In this document: piece after piece, positions 27,571-52,602 of the stretch
Layout: every line of letters begins with the position of its first letter
Position numbering within the stretch: the stretch's first letter is position 1
Source: Piromyces finnis finn
Lineage: Eukaryota > Fungi > Neocallimastigomycota
Direction: 5' to 3'
DNA length: 64,000 nt
NCBI GenBank assembly: GCA_002104945.1
Contig: MCFH01000006.1
Coordinates: 310,001 to 374,000, forward strand
Notes under the pieces: model-generated
What the model saw: the letters and a program-made list of their open reading frames with translations, nothing else
Told to the model about the DNA's origin: nothing
Databases searched by the model: none
Translations under genes and position numbers: made by a program

Positions 27571-27703
27571 ATTTTAATAAAATAAGTATTATTTATTATT
27601 TTTAAATTTGTAAATTTATTGATTACATTTTTTACATTTCTTTTCTTTTTTTTTTTTTTTTTATTCATGATTTTATTGTTATTAAAAAAAAAAAGTATTA
27701 TTA
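27571..27703. repeat. Right copy of the direct repeat flanking the LINE fragment
   Basis: Matches 26798-26908 except for an expanded T-rich insert. Confidence 0.85.
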
Positions 27704-27736
27704 ATAATAAAATGTTTATAATTATAATTACATATA

Positions 27737-27788
<52 letters not shown>

Positions 27789-28347
27789 TAAAAAAAAAAA
27801 AAAAAAAGAATATCAAATAAATTGAAAATTTAATTATATAATTATATATAAATAAGTGAAAATAAGTGAATAAAAAAAAAAAGTAGAAAAGTTATACTAT
27901 TTTTTTTTTTTTTTTTTCTTTTTTTACAATAATAACTATGATTATTATTATTATTTATGATGATAGGAGAGAGTAAAGTTCATGAAAGAGAGGAATCAAT
28001 GTTTAAAAAAAAAAGTAATTCTACTTTTTATTTTTTACGATGTTTAAAAAGATTCATTCTAGGAGTATGGTTTAATTTTAGTAAAAAAACAAAATAATAG
28101 TATATAATTTTTTATTAACTTTTATATTTTTATTGCAAAAAAAACAAATATTATATAATATAGGATATTTATTAGAGATAATACTTACAATGATAAAATG
28201 CTTTTCTTGGAAAAATTGGATTTTAACGAGTATTGGGAAGAGGAAACTATTAAGTAGTTTAAATTTATAAAAAAAAAAAAAGGTTTTTTTTTTTTAATTA
28301 TATATTTTAATTTATATATGTCTATTTATAGGAATATGTGGTGTGTT

Positions 28348-35605
<7,258 letters not shown>

Positions 35606-36184
35606 TTTTTTTTTTACAAAAAAAAAAAGTTTTTTATGTATTGATGTGTAATAATAATAATTAATATAACGATATAGATAATAACCTTTTTTTATTCTCT
35701 TTTAAAAATACTTTTGAATATTTTTATATCTACTTTATAATATTATTACTTTTATTATTTATTTTATAATATTACTTTTTCAGTGTTATCTACTTTTTTA
35801 TCTACTTTTTCACATAAAATATATTTCATTTTATATTAAAATTTATTTCAATTTAAATAATTAATTTGATGTGTCGCAAAACTTTATTTCTATTTGCTAG
35901 TAAAAAAATTTTAATTAAGAAAAATTTTTCAAGAAAAAAAAAATTCCCATATTTTTTTAAAAATTACTATTTTTTTATTAAATAATATTTATAATAAATA
36001 TAAATGCAATGGGAAATGAAGACTCTTCTTGTTGTTTTTGATAGTTTGCACTTGCTTTGATAAAATATTAATAATCTTATATCATGTATTAACGTTTATT
36101 ATTAATAATACTTAATATTTGAATACAATAATTTTGTAATTAAGATGTTTTTTTCTTTTTTTTTTCTGAAAAAAATATGCTATT

Positions 36185-38849
36185 TTATATTTCTAATATT
36201 TCTGATATTAATACTTCAAATTTTTCGTGATATTGATGATAATTAGTTATTACTTCATGTTTTCTATTGTTTCTTTTTGGTTTTGGCGATATAGTAAAAG
36301 TGTCTTTTAAATGCCACCTTTTCTTTTCTAATTTTTTTTAAAATATAAAAAATAAATATATTTTTTATTATTATTAAAAAATTTTTTAAACTTAAAAAAT
36401 AAAATATTATTTTTATATAAATTTTTAAAATTTTGAAATATATAGTTTTTTACATAAAAATTATATCTCTATCTTATTCTATCTTTTTTTATTATATTGT
36501 TTATATATTAAATATTATTATGGTATATGTGATGTATTACCAATAGTTAATTGAAATTTAGTATTAATAAGTATTGTTATTGGTAATTGATATCTACAGG
36601 TATGTTGTATTGTATCTGCTACTACATAAATTATGCTTTTCTTTTTGATTTATTGAAAAATGTATGTAGTAATAAATAATTATTGTAATAATATAATTTA
36701 AATAATTTTAATATTATAAAAAAAATATTACAAAAAATATAATAAAAAAAGTGAAAAAATAAAAAGAAATTCGTTAATATTTATATAATATTATTTTTTT
36801 TTACGGTAGATATTTTAAATTAATATTTTAAAATTATATTTAAATATAATTTTAAAAAAAAATTAAAAAGTTATATAATGATTAACACAATATATTTAAT
36901 ATATTATATTTATTAAATTTTCATATATTAATAATAATTCTTTAATATATTTACCATTATATTATTTTTAAATCTATAATTGATTTTTTTACGATTTCGA
37001 GTATTGATAGTACTTTTGTTTTTTTTTTTTTTCAATTGGTATATAATTTTTTTTTTAAATAAAGATAATTAAATTATATATTAGCATATTAATTATATAT
37101 AATTTTTATATTTCTTAATAAACTTTTTTTTTTAACTATGAATAATACTAATTATAATCTTTTACAGACTTTTTTTATTATAATATAAATATGTTATTTC
37201 ATTATTTTTAATTATAGTGAAGAATATTAAAAAAAACTAGTAGTATTAGTATTATTATATTGATATTGAGAGCAATTAATAATTTATATTTTTTTTAAAA
37301 AGAAAAATTCTCAATTTACAAATTAACGTTTAATGTATATTTATTATGATTATTGTTGCTTTAAGGTTTTATATAATTATTATTATTAGTATTATTAATT
37401 TAATCTATTAATTAACTTTTAAGTTAAAAAAGAATATAATTATACATTTTATATATGTATATTTTTTATTATAATTGTACATACAAAAATGCACCATTTG
37501 AATAATTATATTAATCATATTTCATGCCGTAATTCACATTACAAACTTTATAAATAAGTTTTTTTTTTTATGTTATTTTTAAATATTATTAGCCTTTTTT
37601 TTTTTTTTTACCTTGATAATGCAATTGATATTTGAATAATAGTATCATTAATTATATAAAGATGAACACTTGGTATTTTTACTGAATATATTGAAGTATC
37701 TATGTATATTAATTAATGAATAGTACACATATACAATAAAATAAAAAAAAAGGATATTTATTAGCATTATTATTTACTATTGATAATTTTATTGTTAAAT
37801 GTTAAAAAAAAATTTGGAACATTATTTTTTTTTTGGTTATTAATTTTTAAATTGTCTTTTAATCAAATTTAATCAAAATTAATAAATTATATTTATATAT
37901 TAATATATAAATATATATAATTTAATATACCGATAGAATTTAATAGAGTTTTATTTAAATTTAAAATCGTATTTTTTAAATTTTTATTATTATGGTTATG
38001 ATTAGGATTATTATCATTGAGTATACGTGAGTAATTTTTGTGAATGGATGATATTGTTTGTTTTTTATTATTTACTAATTAAAATATTTTTTATGTAATA
38101 TAAAAAGAATTACAATAGATATTAATGATTATATTTAATTATTAGTTAAAGTAATAATATTGTTCGTATTTATAAAATTCATGTATAAGAATACATGAAT
38201 GCATTAAAATACAAAAGTATTACTTAATATACCTATTAGATCGTTATTGTTTATTATATTAATGTGGTCATTATTCATTGAACAATTAGATTTATTATTT
38301 GAATTGTTACTTTCCATTGTTTCAGATTCATTTTGTATTTTTTGTAGCAAAGGTAGAAGAGAACCCTGACTTTTAACTTTAATTCATATTTTAATTAAAA
38401 TAATAGTAAAAATATTAAGAAAAAATTAATAGTATTTAAATTAAAATTTATTAAAAAATTGGAGATCATTATAAATTTTAAAGCGAGTAAAATTTCCCTT
38501 TTATTTAATAATCATTATATAAAAAGTGAAGCAAAGAATTTTATAAAATAAATAAAAAAATAAATATACCTTTTTTATTATTTTTATTATAATTGTTGGT
38601 TGTAGCGTCAAGTATTTTAAATGGCTTATTTTTTAAAGATACTAAAGGTGAAGATGATATAAAATCTTCCTCATTGCTGTCATCATCATTACTAGTTAAA
38701 TCGATAATAATAGAAGGTTTATCCTGAGTTGGGGTTATATAAATATTAGAATTGGATAATGTATGATTTTGATGTATAATTTCCTGACGAGACTTTAAAG
38801 GTATATTTTTTATAGGTGTTTTTAAAGGACTTGGATAATGATAACTCAT
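36185..38849 (-). CDS. ~297-aa protein with SIM-like IIIDLTSNDDD motif, 6 predicted exons (38849-38570, 38376-38233, 38074-37931, 37699-37612, 36635-36541, 36327-36185)
   Basis: Manual splicing gives 894 nt in frame with phase-consistent GT..AG junctions. The ~1-kb fourth intron could hide another exon. Confidence 0.65.
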
Positions 38850-39534
38850 TTTTTTATTTAATAATTGTCTTCTATATGATATTGTATATCGTTTTTTTTT
38901 TCACCTTTTTGATTAATAAGTACTTGTTTTATTTGAAATTTAAAAATATTATTTTAAACTCCATAAATACTATAAAATTAATTATAAAAAGGAAAAAGAA
39001 AAAAAAGACATGTAACAAGCTATTTATCTTTTTTTTTTATATAATATTAATTGATTACGAATTTTTTTTGTTTTTTTGTCTAATAATAAAAAAAATTGTT
39101 ACACTAAAATTAATCTTAAAATACAGCATATTATTATTATTATTAATATTATTATTATTAATGAATAAATTATAAAATTATTTATTAATATATTATTTTT
39201 TACAATATTTGCATTTCAATAAAAATTTGAGTTTATTATATAATTAATATATAATAAAAAATTTTTTTTAATATTTATATAAAAAAAAGAATAAAGAAAA
39301 ATAAATATAAAATAAAATAAATAAAATGCAATGTTGAGATATTAATAAGTAATAATAAACAAATACTGTTATTATTATCATTATTTTTTTTAAATATTAT
39401 TAAAGAAAAATGTATCATATATTACGTCGAAAGATTTTTTTTTTTTGACATTTTAATGAAATCTATAGATTATTACTATTTTTTTTTTTTTTTGTTTATG
39501 TTGTAATTAAAATAGCTTATGATTATATGGTGGT

Positions 39535-42103
39535 CTAATAGGTTTCTTGTTCATCTTCAGGAATATTACCATTTAATTCAATAATTTCTTCTTCTCCAAA
39601 ATGTTGAACTTCATCATCAGCAGATGTTAAATCAATTGGTATGTCTGAATGATCTAATTCGGAAAGTCTTTGTTTAAGAGCGGTATTTTCTTGAACTAAT
39701 AAATTGATTGTCTAATAATAAAGGATGGTTTATTATTATTATTGTTGTTATTGATTAAAAAAATTATTAGTTTTGAATAATGACAATAAATGGTTAATAT
39801 ATAAATAAAAAAAACATAGCTTATATATTAAAATAGTATTGTAAAACATACTTCTGTGTCTGCTTCTTCTTTGTTACTACTCTTTTGTTCTAATTCTTCA
39901 ATTTGCATTTGAAGTTGTTGAATGACGAAATCTTTTTGTTCTAACATTATCTTGTAATCATCCAACTAATAATGAATAATGAATAATGAATAAATAATTA
40001 ATAATTTCAATTTTTTTATTTTTATTATCTTTATTTTTTTTTTAATATGTGAAATATTTATATCATTAATAGTAAAAATAATTACTTCTTGACTTAAATT
40101 GGTAATTTTATTAGAAGTTTGTGGAGCCTAGAATAATAAATAAATAAAAAAAAAAATTAATCCATTAGTATTTTACTTTTATTTTTATTTTATAACACTT
40201 CCTTTGATTAAAATGAATTTATGATATTTATAAAACCTTTACCTCTTCCATTACAGATTTTTCATGTTCAACTTGATCACAATAAAAGGTTAAATCCTAT
40301 ATTTTTAAATACGTATAAGGTTTATATTATTAATAGGAATTATATTTAAATGGCATTTGTTTATATATATAAATCTATTAATATTTACAGTTATTCTGTT
40401 ATTTAATTCAACAGTTAAATTCTTGAAATATTCAACTTGCTTTTCTAAATCACTAATATTCTTTTTCTTTTCCTTATTAATTTGATCACATAATAAAGTA
40501 ACATTCTACAATGATTGTAATTTTTTAAAAATTTAGAAAAAAAAATATTAATACAATTTCTTTAATATAAAATAAATTTTTTATTTTTCAATATTTACAG
40601 CTAATTTAGTGTTAATACTAGCCAAATTTTGACGAAGTTGATCAATCTTTGGATTTTCATTTGACTTTTTTTATTTTTTAGTTAATATGATAAAAAAAAA
40701 TAGATAGTTAATATTTTTATTATTTTTTAATCTATAATATTAATTTATGTTAAAAAAAAGTTAAAATTACATCATTCATAGATAATTCTCTTGTATTTTG
40801 AACTTGAATATTAAGTTCTTCGATATTAGTTGAAGTATTATCTCTCTTAATTTCATCACATAATAAAGTAACTCTCTTTTTAATCAATCAAAATAAAAAA
40901 AAAATAATAATTAATGAGGATATTCTTTAAAAAAAAAACGAATAATTCAAAAAATATTAATTTTTTGTTGAAAAACCAATATACTTACAGAAAGTGCATT
41001 ATTTAATGAAGTAGCCATTTGTTGTAATCTTTGAATTTCTTTTTTGTTGATTTCATCATCTACCAATTTCTTTTTATGTTCTTCATCACATAATAAAGTA
41101 ACATTCTTTTTATTTTAAATTATGATATTAAGTTGTAAAATATTAATGAAAAAATAATAAAAAAATTTTTTTTTTATTCATATTATAAAAAAACTTACAG
41201 CTAAATTTTGGTTTAATTTTGCTGTTTCAATCTTTAATTTACCATAGTTTTGTTCTTGTGAATTGATTAAAGAAGCAAAATTCTTAGATATTATGATTAA
41301 TATTTAAAATATAAAAAATAAAACAAAAAACAAAAAAATTAAAAATTACATTATTAACATATATCATTATTTATTTTTTTTTAATAAAAAAAGGTAATAT
41401 TTATGTACTTCAAGAGTATTGAATGATTCATCCATAGATTTGGTAATTTCTTCAATGTTAGTGTTTTCATCATTATTACGTAATTTCTAATAGTTTTATA
41501 TTATAAACATAAACATATAAATAATATATTAAAATGGATATTAAATAAAAAAAAGTATATAATAAATAGAAGGTGAAAAATTATAAATATCTATTTACAT
41601 CCAAGTTTTCTTTTAAATCTTTGATGGTAGTATGAAGATTTTGTTCATTAGTAACTGATGATATAAGAGTCTAAAAAATTTTCAATTATTATTTTTTTTA
41701 TTAAAAAAAAAAAAAAAAGAAAAAAGAAAAATAATAATTAATATTATAAAATAATTATAATTATATTAATTAAATTGATCCTGATTTGTGTATATATAAT
41801 ACTTACTTGTTCTTCAATCTTGTCATTTAAAATCTGTAATTTTTTTTTATATAATTATTTCAAATGATTTTTATTTTTAATTAAAATTAATCAATAAATT
41901 TCATTATTTATTTAAGATTTATGTATTCATATATGATTAATTTATGGATAAAAGTATTTATACCTTTATTTTTTGTTTTAACTCTTCAATTTCCTTGGAT
42001 TGTTTTTTAACAATTTCTTGATCAACTGGTAAGCTCTTAGTTGCTGAAGTAGGTTTAACTTTACCTAGTCAAGCATAATAAATATAATATAATTTAATTT
42101 ATT

Positions 42104-42193
<90 letters not shown>

Positions 42194-44822
42194 AGGGATT
42201 AACTTAATTTTGAAAAAATAATAAAATATACTTACTTGAGAGTGGTGTCTTAGTCTTAGTAGCACTAGCAACAGTAGATGAAGTTTTTCTAGTCATTGTT
42301 GATGTGGTATTAATAGCTGGCTTAATTCTAGAAGTAGTAGAAAGTCTAGTGGCCGAGGAAGAAACACTAGATTTAGTTCTAGATGAAGTTGTAGTAGTAG
42401 TTGATTTTAATGAAGTTTTTGGATTGGAAACAGATGGTAATTTAGTTACAGAAGTTGATCTAGTAGCAATACTAGTTCTTGTAGGTTTAACTGAAGTAGT
42501 AGTGGTAGTAGTACCGATTCTTGATTTAGTAGCAGCTGAGCTGATGCCAATTCTTGATTTGGTAGTTGTAGTAGTAGTAGATGGAGATGATACGCCTAAC
42601 CTGGTCTTAGAACTGGATGGAGAAACACTTTTGGTTGCTGTTTTGGTAAGTGTAGAAGATCTAAGGGTAGAGCTCTTTGGAGAAGTAATACCAAGTCTAG
42701 ATGATGTAGTTGTTTGACTTTTTGGAGAAACTGATGATGTTTTATGTAAGGTAGATAATCTTGATGTGGTAGATGTTGTTGGTGAAGTGACAGAAGTTTT
42801 TGTGGCAATTTTTGATTTGGTGGTAGTAGAAGTAATACTACTTCTAGTAACTCTTGAACTTGTAACTGGATGTGCTTTAGGTACAGTACTAGTAAGAGAT
42901 GAACTCTTTGTTAATGGCTTATGAGCTATTTTACTTGTAGGAGTGGTAGTGGTTGAAGTTCTGGTTTTTGTAGTAACAGGAGATTGTTTAAGTTTTGAAG
43001 ATGCAGTTTCCTTGGTTAATCTTGAAACAGAACTTGATAAATTCTTAGTAGTAGAAATACTTTTTGGTTTCTCAATTTTACTCTTTATAGTACTTTTAAC
43101 AGTAGATTCCTTTTTAGCAATGCTTGTTGTTTCATGTTTCTTATTTTTAACTGTGTTTGAATGACTTTTGGTACCATCAGTAGATTCTGATGCTGATGAC
43201 TCAGTAACATCATTAGATGGTTTTTCGATATTTTCATGATGGTGATCATGTTCTATTGGCTTTTCAGTTACTGGACTTTCATCTTCTAAATTATATACTA
43301 AATCATCAAGTTGTGTTTGACTTCCTGGACTAGTGATATGAGTTTGATCGTGAATAGCAGCATCAATAATATTAACTGGACTTAAAATATCATCAGTATT
43401 CATTAATAAATCATTAGATTTAGTTTTTGGAGCGTTATCTTGAACATTGACTGGTTCTTCTTTTATTGAAGTTTCAGTTACTTGTGATTCCTGAGTTAAT
43501 TCAATTTTTTCTGATTTTGGTTCAATTGGAATTGGTTCGACTGGTGTTGATGTTGATTCAACTGGTATTGGTTCAACTGGAACTGATTCAATTGGGGTTG
43601 GTTTGATTGGTGATGATTCTACTGGTGTTGGTTCAATTGGTTCAACTGAAATTGGTTCGACTGGAGCTGATTCTACTGGAATTGGTTCGACTGGAGTTGA
43701 TTCAGCTGAAATTGGTTCGACTGGAGCTGATTCTACTGGAATTGGTTCGACTGGATCTGATTCTACTGGAGTTGATTCTACTGGAACTGGTTCCACTGGT
43801 GTTGATTCAACTGAAATTGGTTCGACTGGAGCTGATTTCACTGGTGTTGATTCAACTGAAATTGGTTCGACTGGAGCTGATTTCACTGGTGTTGATTCAA
43901 CTGAAATTGGTTCGACTGGAGCTGATTTCACTGGTGTTGATTCAACTGAAATTGGTTCGACTGGAGCTGATTCTACAGGTGTTGATTCAACTGAAATTGG
44001 TTCGACTGGAATTGATTCTACTGGAATTGGCTCGACTGGTGTTGATTCAACTGGAGTTGATTCAGCTGAAATTGGTTCGACTGGATCTGATTCTACTGGA
44101 GCTGATTCAACTGGAACTGGTTCAGCTTGTTCATTAGTATGTTGAATAACTAAACTATTATCTATAATAAATGGGTTTTCAATTTTAGCTTCTGGGGATG
44201 GAGCAAAATCATTAATAATATTCATTGGATTTTCAAATGGGTTATCAATTTGAACTTTTGGTGAAGGAATAGTTTTGAAAGGATTTTGTTCATTAATCAT
44301 ATCAGTAGATGGTTCTATTAAACTATTTGCTGGAATATCATTATTCATTTCCATATTTACTGTTTGGTCTAATATGTCATTATCGTCATCAGGAGAAATT
44401 AACGGAGTTTCATCCAAAATTGAGTCGTTTGGCATACTATTATTTATAACATTATCAATAATATTATCAGTTGGTGAAAATAAATTTTCATGAGGTAAAG
44501 AGGTATTATGTATTTCATTAGTTTGATTATCATTAATATTAGCTTCAGCTAAGAAAGGATTAGAATTATTAGCATTGTCATTAGTAATGGTTTCGCTATA
44601 GAAAGGATTTGAACTACTTAATTGAATATTATTAGGTGGAAAAATTGCGTCCATTTGATTTTCATCCATTATTGGTTGTGAATTGGATGGAACATCAGAT
44701 TCAACATTTAAAGTTTCATTAACAGCTATACTTTCTATTGGAGCATTTTCATTCATTAGTGATAATTCATTTTGTAAGGGTTGTTGTTCAATATTATTAC
44801 TTTCTTTTGTATCAGAAGTCAT
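39535..44822 (-). CDS. ~1246-aa protein: acidic NPF-rich N-terminus, PVES repeats, basic S/T-rich region, C-terminal coiled coil; 14 exons
   Basis: Exons 44822-42236, 42064-41964, 41833-41807, 41670-41599, 41486-41409, 41282-41199, 41105-40989, 40875-40771, 40664-40599, 40505-40389, 40296-40243, 40127-40086, 39965-39852, 39711-39535. All junctions are GT..AG and the total is 3741 nt in frame. Confidence 0.9.
42100..42192 (-). repeat. Intronic (AAT)n microsatellite
   Basis: tat/att run inside intron 42235-42065. Confidence 0.9.
43530..44120 (-). repeat. Coding 15-bp repeat (PVES/PVEP/PISV units) with 45-bp higher-order repeat
   Basis: gttgattcaactgaaattggttcgactggagctgatttcactggt is perfect at 43801, 43846 and 43891 and near-perfect at 43936. 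Confidence 0.95.
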
Positions 44823-46853
44823 ATTTGATAATGTTAATTATTTTTAATACGCCCGTTTCTTCTTGTGATATTTTTTAGATATGAGTATTATTTTTTTTAT
44901 ATTTTTTGTTCTTAATATGAAATAAAATTTATTTCTTCTTTTTAATGTCGTTTATATTTCTTTCTTTCTTTCAATTATTGCAATAAAAAAATTTTGCAAA
45001 TATAGATTTCTTCAAAATATTTGTTATTTATCTTGCTTTTTTTTTTTTTTTTATTTTTATTTTTATTATTTAATAATTTTTATTTATTTATTTTTAACAA
45101 TGGATAATAAATTAAAACCTAAATTTCATAACAAAATGAAAAAAATGTATTATTAATGTTTAAAAATAAATAAATAATATAAATTATTACTTTTTTATTT
45201 TTTTTTCTAAGTTTCTTTATTTTATTTAAATTTTCTTTATTATCAAGATTTCTTTCTTTTACTTTTATTTTTTTTTTTTTATTTTTAAAATTTAGAAATT
45301 TGACTTTTAGTATTTATTTATTCCTATTTTTATTAATTGATTTTTTTTTTTATTTAATTAAGTTATTTTTTCATAATTAATAAAATTTCCATTTATATTA
45401 TTGGTTTAAACCATTAATACGCTAAATGTAACTTTTTAAAAGGTGTATAATAATACTTTGAATAATAATATACACAATAAGATATTTCCAAGCAATGTCT
45501 CTTACCTTTATAAATAAAAAATGTGGTAGTTTCACGTTAAAAAAAAAAGGTGTTTTTTTTATAAAGAAAAAAAAAATAGATTTAAATCTTTCTCTTAAAA
45601 AAAAAAATTGGCTCTATATATTTAATATTTAATATACAAAATACATTTGAAAAATTTAAATTAAAAATTATAATTTTAAAATTATTATGAAATAAAAAAT
45701 TTTTATTACAAATTTATTTGTATTATTATTTAAAAGTAAAAATTTATGCCAATTTTAAAAGGATATAAAGATAGAAAAAAATCCTCTAAATATTTTTTTT
45801 AATTTTTTTTAATTTTTAAAAATATTTTTAGATTTTAGATTATAACAACAATAAAATAGAAAATATAGCAATAGCAATGTAAAGAACAATTTTTCATAAT
45901 AAATTAAAAATGAATTCTTTTAAAATGAATATAAATAATAAATTCAAAAATTATTTTTACTAATAAGGTAAGTTGATCATATTTAAATTACTATTTAAAA
46001 ACTATATAAACGGCAAATAAAAAAATTTTAAATTATCGTGAAATTGAAACAAAAAAAAAATTTCATAGGCCAATAATAAAATAATGTTACACCCACTACA
46101 GAAAAAAGATTTTATTATACATTTAATATATGTAAATTATATAATATTTTTGATATTTTATATAACAAAAATAACAAGTATTGATAAAAATTAAAAAAAA
46201 AAAAAAAAAAAAAAAAGCCATCATAAACAATAATTTTATAATACACAAAAAATTATAAATTTCAATATGTCTGTCTTACTAATATATTTTTATTAAATTA
46301 ATTTAAAAGGGAAATATTTTATGGTATATATATTTATTAAATAAATAAGATAGTTTTTTTTTTTACATATAAATATATGGGCTTATATTATAAAATAGAA
46401 AAATAGGTAAATAGAATAAAAATTAAAATAAAAATAAGAAAAAAAGTTTTTAAATACATTAGTAGCATTATAGAAATTTTAATAATATTTTTTTTTCTTT
46501 TTTAAAATAATATATTTCAATATAAAAGATTAAATATACTTTTATATATATAAAATAATATGACTTTTCTGATACATTTAATACATTGTATTTATGGATA
46601 TTATTATAATTTACATTTTTAAGTAACTTAACCTATTAAAAAATTTTTATACCTGAATAGTGTTTTTTTTTTTTTTTTAAGGATACTTTGAATAGTTACA
46701 TAAATGTTATTGATATTATATTATTAAATTTGATATAAATGAATTATATAGTTAATTATTTTTATAAAAGTCTAATAAACTTTTAGTTGATATATTTATA
46801 AAAAAGTTTTTGGAAATGCAATTTTATGATAATTTATTTGATATTTTTTTTTT

Positions 46854-52602
<5,749 letters not shown>

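Noticed and set aside
42304-44493. Plus-strand ORFs including the 180-aa GST-rich and 176-aa LEL-rich frames
   Set aside because: Open only because the 15-bp coding repeat lacks stops on the opposite strand.
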